A DNA stretch of 64,000 bases from Phoronis australis (GCA_002633005.1 NMRA01000036.1:664440-728439), one strand, 5' to 3'; counted from the stretch's first letter, positions 1-13,639 are shown. Notes: a model not told the origin generated them from the letters alone. Numbers and translations: made by a program.

Positions 1-286
1 AAAAAAGCGGAAATCCGCGTTTCCGCGGAAAATTCCAAGCCCTGTTACATGTACTTACTTGTGCGCACAATTCCCTTTCACTGGTCCATTGCTACAGTGC
101 ATTTAGAGCCTTGTACATGGTACAACAATTTCTCCATTTTGTGTTTCACATCACGCCTTTCCAAAAATCTTATATGATGGTGAGGCTGAGGGGGTGGGTA
201 GGTTGGTATGGTGAGGGGTGATACCAAAACTCTTCGCCCCGGGTCTCGCCCACGATAGGAGTGCTACAGGCCCATGGCATTAAATT

Positions 287-475
287 CACTTACTTGAGTG
301 AGTACAGTGATATTAATAATAAGGAATACAGTACAGTCCAAGGTATTATTTTCACTGTTGAGCAAGTATGCTGACATAAGGAACACCATACAACCTAGAG
401 TATTATGTTCACACTTACTTGAGTGAGTACGCTGATACAATGAAGACAGTGTAGAGCAAAGCATATTGTACTCGG
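287..475. repeat. Diverged ~60-bp tandem repeat spanning the TRAM1 exon 6 donor
   Basis: CACTTACTTGAGTGAGTAC occurs at ~288 and ~413, with a more decayed unit between. Confidence 0.75.
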
Positions 476-543
476 GCTGGCATCTCCTCTTTCTTTATTT
501 TTTGAAAGTAGAGCTCGGGAAAGCAATGAATCCAGTAGGCAAT
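419..543 (-). CDS. TRAM1: TRAM1 exon 6 (IAYWIHCFPELYFQKIKKEEMPARVQYALLYTVFIVSAYSL); gene continues beyond the left edge
   Basis: tatAG acceptor and GTAAGT donor; 125 nt, phase 0 to 2. Conserved AYW.H.FPELYFQK.KKE motif. Confidence 0.95.
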
Positions 544-909
544 CTATAATATTAATAGTTATCCAAGAAATATTAGGACAATTACGCCATCGATACACAA
601 GCATCAGTTTTCACAATGCACAATGACTCAAGAGAGCACACAAAAATGACCCAAGTTTTGGAATATCTTAATTTCTTGGCACCTAGTCCACTGATCTTTT
701 AACCTTTAGAAGTTGAAAATTTTTGAACAATAGATTAATAACAATTCTTAATATCGAAAAAGGACATGTGTAAAAAGTGATGTGGAATCATAAGAATTAA
801 ATAAAACAATCACAGTAGAATCTCACCAATTTCGGACATAAACAATTTAATGGCTAAAATTAGTTTTCAGAAGATTCTTACAGTTGCGAATGCCCACAAT
901 TTCTCATTT

Positions 910-1056
910 AGCATTGACTGGTGGTACAGTACAAGCATTGCTTGGTGGTACAGTACAAGCATTGTCTGGTGGTACAGTACAAGCATTGCTTGGTGGTACA
1001 GTACAAGCATTGTCTGGAAGTACAGTACAAGCATTGCCTGGTGGTACAGTACAAGC
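910..1056. repeat. 24-bp minisatellite, about 6 copies of TGGTGGTACAGTACAAGCATTG(CT/TC)
   Basis: Direct reading; it produces the repetitive ORFs seen in several frames at 850-1145. Confidence 0.95.
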
Positions 1057-3103
1057 CAAAAGAAAACAGAGCAAAATATTGTTTCCACGCCTGCAGATTC
1101 TTTTCTGCTCAGTTTAGGCAGAAAATGACGCTGTAATCTCTTCACACCAGTCCATCATACAGAGCCACTAAGCACATTGACTAATTTGCAATGTACACAT
1201 GTTCAGAGCATTAAGCAGCAAGATGTCAACAACTTGTTAACGCATGAAAAAATCGTAGGTTGACACCCTCACCGGTGGAGAATGGGTAACTCAACCCCTT
1301 TGTGTACCGCAGAATCCGCAAAGATCAGAGGCACCATGCGTTGTAGGCAATTACATCACCCCAGGTCGCTGATGTTATTGTCTCTAGGTAATTAGACCCA
1401 TCATAAATGCATTGGGGCAACAATGGCATTTTTAACTTTCATTTTGAAAGTTTTTAAATGACATTTTTGAATAGTGAAAAGTACACAATCATGAATAAGT
1501 TTTTGAATTTCGGAAATCGGACAAGAAAGGTGACGTCTACAACCTAAAACGTTTGCATTATGTTGCCATATCATGTTCCTTATTAATTCTGCTGTGTGTG
1601 CAACACAACTGGTCCAATTACCAAACCACCAGGCAGCAGTTGGACTTTAAGATAAGCCAAGTGGCATCATACAATTCTTGGCATGGGAAGTTCATAAGGT
1701 GTATTACCAAAGTACAAACTTAAGATTTTTGATGGCACAGTGCCAACCGGGAAAGTTTTACTACATACTCAAAAGCTTCTTGTTTTTCGATAGCTCTGAG
1801 TTAAAATATGTAGGATCCTAAAAAATGTCAAAACTTGGTTAGCTCCTTATGGTGCCATACATAGGGTTCATTTAGGAACATCATGTAGCAGAAATGGCTG
1901 ATCTAATTCATATGAAACTCAGATACTGCACTGTTCTCCAATATGATGTCAGCAATATTGTTTTAAAATGATCCACTTTAACATGAGGGGCTACAAAAAA
2001 CTCAAAAGTTGCATAAAACAAAAAAATAATTTAAGGACAAGTGTTTTAGAGATTTCATTATTGAATTTTTATAACAAATGAAATTTGGCCAATCCATGTA
2101 TTAATACCATCGTTTTGCTGTCAAAAAATCTCTTTACTGCCAAATTTTACCAATAATAACACGGTCACGTACATTTCAAATAAGGATAATAATAATATTA
2201 CTAACTGCTGTCGGACCGGAACGACTTCTAGAAACAAAACACGCTCGAAATAACCAGCAAATAACTTCACCGGAGATAATAAATATATTCAAAGCAACCA
2301 ACAGAATGGACCATGGTTCACTCTTAGCGAATGACAATTTAATTTTCCCGTACGTTAAGCAGCATTCATATATTGTGCAATGTAAACTTTTAAACAACTT
2401 GCCTTTGGAAATGTAATCATAATACATGTTATGTACAACAAATGCAATCCTGGTATATATTCACAGACAATGTTGCATGGTCACGTGATCCCGTAATGGC
2501 GGCCTCGGTATTTTGGAGCGTGCATAGGTTTATAGTTTGTAGTGTGGTACAGGATGACCTAATTACAAGGTATCGGTAATCTGTGTTTGTCATGATGTGC
2601 ATCTCAACAAATCACAAGGTTTTTTTACGAGAGATCTTAACCATACTAGGAATAGTGAACAGCTATTCCACTTGGATTTAAATTATCTGTCATGATAAAC
2701 AGCTACAGTGACTGTCAATTCTGATTATACTCCATTGTCACAGCATGGAATTTTGTTTGCACTCAGCTGTCATGATGTGGAATTACGTGTCATTTATTCT
2801 GTTTTGTTTTGGCTTTTAGACTACGATATAGAGCGTAAACATGATGAAGCACTTACTTGGTGTGAACAATAAAATATCACTTGTCCGCCATGTTGGCTGC
2901 ATTTTACTGATTTTGGCGGTTCTGCTGAGTCAACCTGCTAACACATCTCATTGGTTGTCAATTAAAATATTCAGGTGGAGTCCAAGCAGATGGTTTAGCT
3001 TATTGACCCAACAGAATCGGCCGTCAAGTGAGATTTTACAGTACCTCAACTCAAAACTGCTGGCGAAGCCAATAAAAACATGATGGTGGTAAAAAATATT
3101 TAC

Positions 3104-3134
3104 CTGGATTAAAAAGAAAAACTTGAACAGAAAC
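3104..3134 (-). CDS. TRAM1: TRAM1 exon 5, 31-nt small exon (FLFKFFFLIQ)
   Basis: ttgttgcAG acceptor and GTAAAT donor. Phase 2 to 0 exactly bridges exons 4 and 6 and supplies the expected F..KFF.I.Q segment. Confidence 0.88.
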
Positions 3135-4389
3135 CTGCAACAAGAAAAAAACAAAGATAACCTTAAATGTGTGTTTAGTCAACACCAAAGTATATACTTT
3201 GGGTTTAAGAGTAACAATAACAACAGTTTATAGCAAGCAGCTAAGATTTATAACAAAACAATGCAACATATGATTGAATGTAACTAGATCAAGGTAAAAA
3301 CTCAAGTCTGCCATGAACTAATTATTCTTGATGGTCAGCCCAATCATTCAGATAATGCGAAATGAAGTGATACTTGAAAGTGACCTTCTGCACCCTCTTA
3401 TATCTCCATGAGAATATGAGACAAACTACAAGACATAATACGGATAGCTGTGATACTCAACAGAACAGAGATACAGAGACCTGAACGTTTGATTGTTGAG
3501 AATTTTGAGACCTTGGTGGGAGACAATGCGACTACATTGGGGAACATTAGAATGCATGCAGATTGCATGTGCATCTGCTTCAGAACTGCTTAACACACGC
3601 CCTGCCAAACTTACAGCAACGGTAAGCTGAGTGTGACAGATCAAGCCAACAAATGAGGTGATCAGAAATACACAATTATATATTACCAAACACAAATCAA
3701 AAATAGTGTTGGTATAGTTAATAATTCTATAATATTATTTCTGACAGTTCTACTTGTTGATCACTTGGGCCTACAACGAAACATAGGGTAATTGCTGACC
3801 GAGTCAAGTTCTAATCCTCATCTGTTCATCTGCAGTCTGTCAATTGACCCAGGACAGTACATGTGTAGCACAGCAATGCATGACATAGTCAAGCACTGTT
3901 TCTACATTAATAAACACTCTCAACAGTCTCTGATAAACCCTCTCTACAGTCTCTTATAAACCTCACCAGCTGCTCAAAAACGTCTACGGGTGCTTTTACT
4001 TCTTTCATTTCCCATAATGGGCACTTTAACGGAGATCAACGGACACATAATAGCATACCCGTGTATAGGCAGAACTGTAGACACGTAAAGAAAAAGTTGC
4101 GGTATGCCCTGACACAAAGAAAAAAGAATGGATGGAGACTTTGTAAGGAACGCAAAGAGCTGTGTTTTCAAAATGAAAAAAAGCTTTTTATTTAGTGGGA
4201 CACAGCCATGTTACTGTCACAAGTCAAAAATCAAACTACTCTGAAGAACATATTGATGTCTTGTTTTGAAAACTGGTTGCATTAATTGTTCCTTTATCAA
4301 ATGTTTAATTACCGCTCGCTTTCAACCTTCGAATTAGTGACGTTACAAAACCAATTTAAAATTAATTACATAAAAACTATATTAATTTA

Positions 4390-4943
4390 TTTCACCTTAT
4401 GCAGGGGACGATACCACATCATTACGCAAATGTAACAAACAAAATGATCACTTATTAGGCCTAAAGAAAGCAGCCGACCACCATAATATTAGGTCGACTG
4501 ATGGATGGTCGGCAATCAAGGTTGGCAACAAGAGCTGGCTGTGAGGTCGGCGTATATGAGTTGGCAGCTAATTTTTAGCCACCTGGGCCCGGTTGCATAA
4601 AAGTCTGTATAACTATCCGGCGGATAAGAGCTTATACGCCGGATAAGATTTATACGCCGGATAGTTATCCGGCGTATAAATTTGGGTTGCACAAAGCTTG
4701 GATAAGGTTCGGATAACTATCCGGCGGATATCTATGTTATACGGTGGATAGCCAAATTGGATACCATATAAGGCAATACCCATAATTCCTGTTACCATGG
4801 CACAGACAAAATGGCTGCAGAAAAGAAAAGATCTTGCAATTGGACAAAGCACGAAATCAACCTTCNTTATGCAACCGGGCCCTGGTAGGCAACAGGTGGA
4901 CAATTGGTTGGACAAAAATTCGTATTGTGTGCTGTAATACACT
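4390..4943 (-). repeat. Interspersed repeat hosting the Harbinger-like MITE; related in inverted orientation to 56157-56400
   Basis: Reverse-complement similarity seen by eye (e.g. GTGTGCTGTAATACACT vs CAGTGTTATACAGCACAC). Confidence 0.5.
4586..4881. mobile_element. PIF/Harbinger-like MITE in TRAM1 intron 4
   Basis: Terminal inverted repeats (TIRs) GGCCCGGTTGCATAA...TTATGCAACCGGGCC with a 3-bp CTG duplication (4583-4585 and 4882-4884). Internal TATCCGGCG/CGCCGGATA repeats. Confidence 0.85.
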
Positions 4944-4971
4944 CAAGGCTAATAGTAAGGAAGATACTTAC

Positions 4972-5147
4972 GGCATATGATTGTGAGGGTAGCCATCCCA
5001 CAGTTTACTAATGTTGGTCACAAAGTCCTGCTCAAGTGCCAAGTGAACACCCCAGGCCAACGACACTATATAAAAGAAGACAAGCTGGCCAGATTCATTG
5101 AACTTGCTGTGCTTTGTTTTCGACAAGTGCATTTTTCTGTTGATTTT
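4972..5147 (-). CDS. TRAM1: TRAM1 exon 4 (KINRKMHLSKTKHSKFNESGQLVFFYIVSLAWGVHLALEQDFVTNISKLWDGYPHNHMP)
   Basis: tttcAG acceptor and GTAAGT donor; 176 nt, phase 0 to 2. Contains the hallmark KHSKFNESGQL and LW.GYPH of the TRAM/TLC domain. Not present in the ORF track. Confidence 0.96.
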
Positions 5148-8100
5148 CTGAAATTGAGGTGAAATGAAGCATTAATACAAAATGAAAATAAACATTAAAA
5201 GCAAGTTTAAGAGTACCTCCACGGAAGAATCAGGCAAAAATGCAACAATCTGGGAACATGACTTGTCACAAATTTTGAAATTGGTGTCACATGATCATCT
5301 TTTGGGTTGACCCAACTCCAAAAAAATAAAATTTGTTGTTGTCTCAACTGCTCTCTATATAAAGACAAAAAACACCCAATTCCTCTCAATTTTGTCATTA
5401 CTCTTGCTTAGAAAATTAGGCAGGTTCCAGGTTTAACAAACGGCTTAAAAATACCAATAAACCACTGTTTGCATCGATGCATCTCAATTCACAACTGACA
5501 AACAGGCATTGAACTCGTGTCATTTAATTATTAGTTAAGTACAAATAATAATAAAATGGATCCCTTTTTGCTTTCTCAAATCCATGTGTGGTGTGTACCA
5601 ATAACCTCATTTTTCATTGAGTTGATTTTGTGAACGTGTCTTTTGAAAGATTCATGCTAGAAATGTTAGTTTTCTCGTGCTCGTATTTCGCAGCTGTTGT
5701 CTTAAGTTTGCTAAAATTAGCATCATCACCCATCAGATTTATCCCCAAAATGTAAGAGGGCCAATTTTACAGAAACTGATAATTTTTCAGAATTAAACAT
5801 ATACCAGTGATTAATCAATTAATCTAGGTGTATAAAAACTCTGATATGTCATGTTCCCACTTCTGCCCAACTTTCTCATGCAGTCACTCTTAAACTTCAA
5901 CAAAACACTACTTTCTTTTGTTCTCACCTATCAAAACCACACACTAAGTCTTATCAGCAACATTTTATAACCTTGCAGGAAGTGTCATTCAACTGTGGCA
6001 GCCATCTCGCTGTGGCAGCCATCTTGTTGTGGTAGCCTCCTCCCTGATGCACCACCAGAAAATAAAAAGCATTTGGCTTGGCTTAGCGGGCTAAAAATGA
6101 AAATCAAAGTAGGCCTTTTACTCTCATGAATTCAGTGTCATAATATTCCTTACTGTCATGAGATTTTATTTTCGTCATCATTTAGTGGTGTTAACCCAAG
6201 TTTTGTGTGAAAAACAACTTTTAAAGGCCAATAACTGTTACAAAAATGGTCTGATCTCGTTTCTTACACAGTTCAGACGTGACTTCTAATATCACCTTAC
6301 CATAGTTTTCATATAGTCACCATTGGGGATTTTATCAACTGTTACTGTTTTTGCTTTGAACAGTAAATGACTGCCTGAACCGATGAACATTCACTAATTC
6401 AGTACTATTACTAGAAAAATAAACTTGATTAACTGGCTAGATTCATTACACTCAAAATCAAAGTTAAAAATCATAAAATTAAAACTGTATATCTGTCTAT
6501 ATATTTTGCAGATGTACTGGGCTCCCTTTACATAGGAACAACATTATGCATGTGGGTGCGAGTAACAAATGAAAGCGCTATGATGAGCCACACTAAGTGA
6601 AATCAAAAGAAAATTTAGAGATAAAGTGGATGAAGAAACCAAGAACATCAAGAACTACAACCTCAACACCTGGAACACCAATATACAGTGAACAATATAG
6701 TCAATAAAAGACAGTCATTGAAAAATAAAATAACTCGAGATCAGTATGTCTGTCAAATGAATGACGATTCATATTTGATAGGTGCCCCTAGCTGTATTGT
6801 TGATTTTTACGGTCAGGTGTCATATAAGCTTTGCTCAATCGACCTGCAGCATTGTTGAGAATACACCTATGAACATTCGCTGGACAGGTGTTTTCCTTTG
6901 ACCACCGTTTACTGCCTAGTGTGACAATGTTGCAGAGAGAAATGGATGGCACAATGCAATAACACTCGACGAGATCTATCCATTTACTAATTTTCAGAAA
7001 AATCTGTCAAGGAATGCTGGAAATGCAGCACACAAATCCAATCAATTAACAAGCAGTCACTGGATAATCCTGAATATCTTGAGTATGGTAAGTCCCAGAG
7101 AAAAACAAATTGCACACAAAGAGCCCTCGAAATGATCTATCTCGAAAAAAAATTCAGCCTGTAGCATACGAACACAGAAACAAACAAATTTTATGACAAA
7201 GCAAGACTTCATTTTACCAAACAATGACATATGAATTGCCGGACTTCTAAATTGGCCATTAGGCTTAATGGTGTTCGTAATTAGGAAGACATATAATCAT
7301 TGGATTATTTGATTAGAAGTAATCTCGACATTTGTAATGTAACATACAGGTCGAGTGATCAAGGGCAATGGGTTAGTATCTGGGCATGTGTAGAAGTGAC
7401 ACAGCCAATAAACAAACCATGTTGACAATATATAGCAATGGGTTCACCTTATGTATTCATTCTTACAGACTTCTACATTGTGCAACTATTACGTTGTCTA
7501 CTTTCTTTCTGCGTTCAGGTTGCCCGTTGTACTTTGCTGTACTATGCTGTACTATAGACAGTAAGTCAAAGCAAAGCAAAGAACTCTAGGCCTGAAATGC
7601 CAACTCCCGCTGGAGACCTGTGTATTCTATTATCAGACCTTGCAACCCTAGACTAGCCACGAGAGTTTGCACTGTGAATTCCGGCTTGACTGAGTTTTGA
7701 TCGAGTGTTGTAGTTATCAAATCAAGTCTAATTTTATTGCTTCATTTTAAGAGTGAAGTACGGCTCACAGCAGGCAAAAATGCACAGAGGGGTGATAAAC
7801 CCAATGTCACCGATTCGAACCATACTATGCATTTTAGTTACCTTTGGGATGATAAACAAAACAGTAAAGTCCAATCTCATTTTACCTTGTTTAAGGGGGA
7901 GAAATCAGGGAGCCTCTATTTTGGGGGTATGCCATGCAATGAACTCGCCGAAAATGCCTTATTTGCACTGCACAATAAAAAATATCGGCGCACGACATCA
8001 TTATTTGTTTGTAATTTTTAAATAAAGCAAGTCTTCGGCTTTACAAAGATGTTAAACAATACTCATTAACTCTGCCGCTAAGTTAAAAATTTCAGGCATA

Positions 8101-8530
8101 AAGTATAGAGGGGTCAGAGGTTAACAAGGCATTGCAATTTCGCCACACTTTGAGCCCGTATATCTCAGCTGGCACAACACTGATCAACACCAGACTTTTA
8201 CACAAGACGTTTCTATCTTATTGCTGTTGATTAATACAATAAAATTTTCTGGCGCTGAGCATTTTTCTGTACAAATTGCAAGATTGCGACAACCACCTGA
8301 GTAGAAATTACCTTCAATACCGATACCTGTTTGGAACATTACAACACCAGTAAAGTGCATAGTTTTGATTCAAAAATTGATTTATTAATATTTAGTTAAG
8401 TTTCATTAAGTCAGGCGCAATTGTTTAAGGTATTTTTCCTTTTTAATTAAAATTCCGCGTTTTTCGTGAACCCAGTGTCCAACAACAGGTGTCACTTTAG
8501 TGGTGGCAAAATGGTTGATCCTGACTTGCT

Positions 8531-8931
8531 GTGTCATCTGCTAGTATGATGGAGTGTGATGAAGTGTATGGAACCTCAAAAGAATGTCCTCTGCACATGT
8601 GTGAAATCTTGATGCGGCATAAAGTGAGTACCGAACCACCGCACCTACAGACTGTGCGGCAACTGATTTTGGCGAGAGTCGGACAATTTACAAATGCGTG
8701 TTCACCGGACCCGTGTCACGCCTGTGTGACTGCGTCCAAGGCAAGGGCAAGACTGCGGGCTCATCTTGGAATTCTGTGGATACCATGTAGACTCTGCAAA
8801 CACCCATTTCATTAGTGGTAGCTCGCGTGCCAAGCCTGAAGTGGGGATGCTGGTTGAAATGTCTAAAGTCAACTTACTCTCACAGGAACTCAACAATGTC
8901 AATGCATTTGTGTTCTTTCCTGTTGGATCTG
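8531..8931 (+). pseudogene. Frameshifted Cys/His-rich transposon-protein exon (LILARVG...HLGILW..CRLCKHPFH...PVGSG)
   Basis: Two overlapping ORFs (8531-8815 and 8766-8957) ending at a GTGAGT donor at 8932, inside the TIR element. Confidence 0.5.
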
Positions 8932-10399
8932 GTGAGTACTACTACTGCTTTGTTTGAATTTAAGGTTATCACGATAGCATTGTGGCGGTTATAGTCAGTT
9001 TTGTGGATACATGATTCGAGAACCAGTTAACACCGCTAGAAACAACAGATGTTATTCTAATACAGTACCCTGCAATGCAAGTTACTGATCCTGCTTTCAG
9101 GAGGACCACAAACTGTGCGACTTGAACATGCAGTATAGACAGAGCTTTTCATTGTACACACTGATGAAATTTAGTAGTCCTATGCCTGCATCACTGTAAA
9201 CAACTGATTAACAGTCTTGTGTTCCTAAGGGCAAATCAGTGATATACCTGCCCTGTCGCTGTTGTTGGAGTCTAGGCTAGCCTAGAGCTATTCAGTCCAC
9301 TTAGTAGTAGCATCTTGTGTTAGCTGTAAGTTTATTCTGAGATTATCTAGTGGCCTGTACTTGTTGCAAGCGGAAAATACAATATCTCATTGACAATCAC
9401 TTTTCAATAACCGATATTGTTGTTATGCGTCTTCTTTTTAGTTCATTACAGGAAGTATTTTTTCTATAGATATATTGATGAATGCTGTAGTTATAGCATT
9501 ATAAATTCCAATTTTAACTGACAACCTGCATGCCGGAATTTCTTTTCACTTCAGCTGTCAGTGAATTATGTAATTCTGGAAATCATAGCGTGTCGTTATG
9601 TTTTATGAGTACCACTATGTTGACATTTGTTGTCTGGATATGATATTCATTTGATGTCCAAAGGAATCCAATCAAACTGGCAAAAATAAATCAAGTACCC
9701 ACAGTGTTTTTTCTTGTTGTACTTATGGTTGTTTTACACATTACACTCCATGGGTCAAATGAATTATCTCAGCTAAAATCATTGGATCACTCAGCGGCAG
9801 TTACACCTGTGTAGTGGCTGGGCTCTGCAAAGTTCTGCAAAAAGTGTATAATTTGAGAGTGTTACAACCTTCCTGTCATTTTTCAGAAAGTAGAGCAACA
9901 AAGCAGACCCCGCAAAAACTGCACAGGCGATGAAGACGGATGAGCAGTTTCGGGAGGAAGGCTGGCTGACACTACAACAGGATAAAGATTTCTTTTCACG
10001 CTTGGCCTTGAACCGCACTGGAAAATGGTCAAATGAGGGAGATAATGAACTTGACAGTCAGTGATGTCCAGTAATACTCTGGATTTCATCTTTGTTAAAA
10101 AATTATACAATCTGTTGGGTTGTCTGATTGATTTAACTAGTTGTTATTGATGTGATATTGTAGAAACTGAGGTAAATGCAAAATGCAATATAGCAACACT
10201 TGCTGTGATGTTGTCAGTAAAATTTAGGATATTTAGTCAGTGTTCTGGTTGAAACTTTGCTGTCCAATTTATTTGAAGATGCTGGTATTTCAGTTTTCAT
10301 CTTTCAAATTCATATTACACCCAATCTCTCTTAACTAAAAAGCGAAGCCTTATCTGAGTGTTAGCTTATGTACAAGATTAAGGAAAGGTGGTGACTTAG

Positions 10400-10960
10400 G
10401 CATACTTGAACCAATTCACTGGCATTTAGATCAAAGAACACATTTACATATCTCGTTTTTCCATGCTACATTGTACCACTTAACTGGATGACCAGTGTTA
10501 AACCAGATTACGGTCACATTGAATATCATTTTGACTTTTATCTGTTCTAACATTGTTTTTGCAGAATGAGAGTTACTTGTACGGTATGTGATGATGAGTT
10601 AAGGGAGGTGCCGAGGTCACCTGTATTCTGAATTGTTAACATCAGGAGTGTCATGTTTGAGCCAATTCACTGGTATTTAGATCTTTCAACACATTTTGAC
10701 ATCTCATGTTTTCCATGGTAGTTTGTATAAATTAATCAGGCAATGAGTGTTAAACCAGATTCTGGTCGCATTAATGTCACTTTTTACTTTAAAGTGGTCC
10801 AACATTGTATATACACACTGGGGAGATACGTGTACTGTATGGGATGAGGAGGTACATGTAAGCGAGATCACCAGTATTTTGAACAACTAACATAGGAGCC
10901 TCCTATTTGAGCCAGTCCATTAGCACTTAGATCAAACACCACATTTAGACATCTCTGATG
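10400..10960. repeat. ~250-bp diverged tandem repeat, about 2.2 copies
   Basis: TTGA(A/G)CCA(A/G)T(T/C)CA...TTAGATC...CACATTT recurs at ~10406, ~10657 and ~10907. Confidence 0.8.
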
Positions 10961-13017
10961 TGATTTTGCCTTAGAAAGTTGGTAGTTTTGCTATTAAAGC
11001 ACCTCGAAGACTAATTAGCAGTTAGAACCCAATGTGCATGAAGTTATATTTTGAACTGAGTTTCAAAGTTTATATGCTGTATATTGTTTGTCTGCTGAGA
11101 AGTCATGGAAAAACATGAGCTACAATACAATACTTGTCGTGTACTTATGCACTTTATACTGAAAGCAGCCTTTATCATCCTCACTTCTTTCACATGACCT
11201 CTGCAGTGGATCATGCTTCCAACATGAGGCATTTATATAGTCAAGTAATAGCTGATCACCTGGAACAGGATACATGTATCTTTGCCCTTTGGAGGACTGG
11301 GAAGTAATTTGAATTCACTTCTTTAGACTTCTCGCAACTAGTCACACACACTTATTCAAGTACATTCCTCTATGCCTCCCACTGCTCAGGTGAAATATCT
11401 TCTCACTGGTAGCTGGTTCCATGTTGTCAGCCCCCATTGCTACTCGAAAGTCTCCCATTTTTCACTTGTGTCAATCACAGCAAAATGCGCGCAGATAACA
11501 AAATGATAACATTAGCCAGCCATGCCACTTCAAAAGTGAAGTTATTGTGACATTGGCGGCTATATAACGTCCACGGAATGACTCTGACCAGTGGTTTTGC
11601 ATTTGCCTGTAATTGCCAATGAATCTTTCACCTTGACACTGTCCTCCGCTTTCAACGCCCTGCATCAAAACCACTTGATTCATAAAGAAATGTTTGTTCA
11701 GACACACTCCACAGCTAACCCACAGTAAACATCTTTGTAAACAGGACAGTCACAGATAAAACCATAAATAAATGATCTTGTTCATACAACACTGTAAGAT
11801 TTGGAACGTCGCAAGTGGGGAGAGGGCAACACGATTTTTGAAGGAAAATGTTATGAAAATGATTTGTCGGCGTTTTTTTTTTTTTTTTTTAGCCGTGCAA
11901 ATAAGATTACTGAGCTTTGTGAAACCAGTGAGATTTGAATTTCGACTCTCGCAAAAGGTGTCCTGCCAAAACTACTGCTATTTGCGTAGTAAGTATCCTA
12001 ATTCCATGACTACGAGCACTTTTTAGAAATAAAGTAGTGTACCCTCGGTGCCTAGAAAATACGAAATTTGATGAATGATAAATTGATTAGCCGTTTGCTG
12101 GCCAACTATTAACAAATTTTCACTTTTTGTTGTCGTTTGTCGGCATTACTCATTGTGGTGAAATGGCGTAACCACCAGTCATTTTTGACTTCAAATGATA
12201 TGAAATCCGTTCGCGCCAGGAAATTTTTTTGTCTTATTTTGTAGACCTAAAATAGCTCAACACATTGGTTGGCACTAAAATTTTCTGAAACCTGTGCCAG
12301 CTGAGATATCGGGATACGAATTTAGCCAATTTTGACAGTTTCCAAAATCACTAAAAGTACTCATCTTATGCGGCTCTAAAAACAGACAAAAAATTATCGA
12401 AATCTTTTAAATTTTCATGAATAAAGTAGACGAAGGTCACACCTGATCAATAACACAGGTTCAATATTTCAACGTTACTTCCACTGCGTAACTTAACTGT
12501 CGGAATTTTACTAAAACTTAAGTGCCGCCAGGCTGAAAACTTGTCGGAAACAAATAGTATCCATGGAAACCAAAAAGGGGCGTTTTGAAAAAAATAAAGG
12601 TGGTCTGGAGTCAATGGGGCCAGTGTCATCTCACAGACAAAATATAAAGAGAATCTGTGACATAGCGTTTATCACCCTCTGCCCGGTCCATTCGCGAACA
12701 TGCTCTTAAATTGTCAATTTTCTTTATCAAGTGAGACCCTTGAGGTACAGTTCCAGACAACCAGTGATTTCCCGGCAAAGTATGTCAACAAACCCTACAA
12801 TCACACAGGTCATTCTTTATATATAACAACCTTTGGCCATGGCTGGATGACAGGAATACTTTGGCCTCTAAATATTTTCAGCTCCAGTCTTAAAACCACT
12901 TTTGACAACATGCCAAACAGCAAGCTAGATTTTCAGCGAAACATTTTGAGTATTTAGGCCCGTACTAAAAGGCGTGTTTACGTAACTTTCGAAAAACCAT
13001 CGTATTTGGGTGATACA

Positions 13018-13048
<31 letters not shown>

Positions 13049-13053
13049 TGTGT
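13018..13053. repeat. (GT)n microsatellite
   Basis: Direct reading. Confidence 0.95.
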
Positions 13054-13639
13054 ACATGTGCGTGCATGTGCACGTGTATGCATAAGTTACCGTTTTCAAA
13101 TTGTTTTTATAAGAATTCATTTGAGCAATGTTTATGTTTAACATGTTGCCCAAACATTTTATGTTAATTAAATTCTGAGTTGAACACTGTACTTGCCAAT
13201 TGTACCGCTTATGCCACTCTATTCCTCTTTTGGAATTTGTTCTAATCCCGCCAATCAAAATGTTCCCATCCCGCCACACAAAATGTCCCACATTTTGACA
13301 CACGGTGAAATTGTCTTTCACCTTATCATATATCTATATATTAAAACGCTTACTTCTGACCCCGATGTTGACATTCGACTCCCGTCGGACAAAACCAACT
13401 CGAGAGCCGCCGCGAGGACACCCGCTCCCGCCAGACACCTCATTCCCTTTCGTTCCCCCAATGGAAAAGCGTTGGGGTTCTGTGGCCGCAAAACCCCGGC
13501 ATGTTTTTTTCTTTGTCTTAACGAGTGCTGGCTTCAATTGATCCGGCGAACGCACTACTTTTTCGAAGCCAAACACAATTCGGGGGTATTCATCCGCGGC
13601 CTGCGTTTACCGTTTACGCCTACTGGGTGGCATGCTCAG

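Larger units (their letters stand above)
7785..12681 (+). mobile_element. ~4.9-kb decayed DNA transposon with long imperfect TIRs and a spliced Cys-rich gene remnant
   Basis: CAGAGGGGTGATAAACCCAATGTCAC at 7785 vs the reverse complement CAGAGGGTGATAAACGCTATGTCAC ending at 12681. TATCTCAGCTGGCACA is mirrored ~375 bp inside each end. No TSD seen. Confidence 0.65.

Noticed and set aside
850-1145. Repetitive ORFs (WWYSTSIA, GGTVQALL and similar) or a CRISPR-like array
   Set aside because: Head-to-tail 24-bp minisatellite with no unique spacers, open in several frames by chance, inside a eukaryotic intron.
11044-11270. Minus-strand exon-like piece with a BEN-domain-like flavour (IKAAFSIKC)
   Set aside because: It needs frameshifts and the similarity is too weak to assert.
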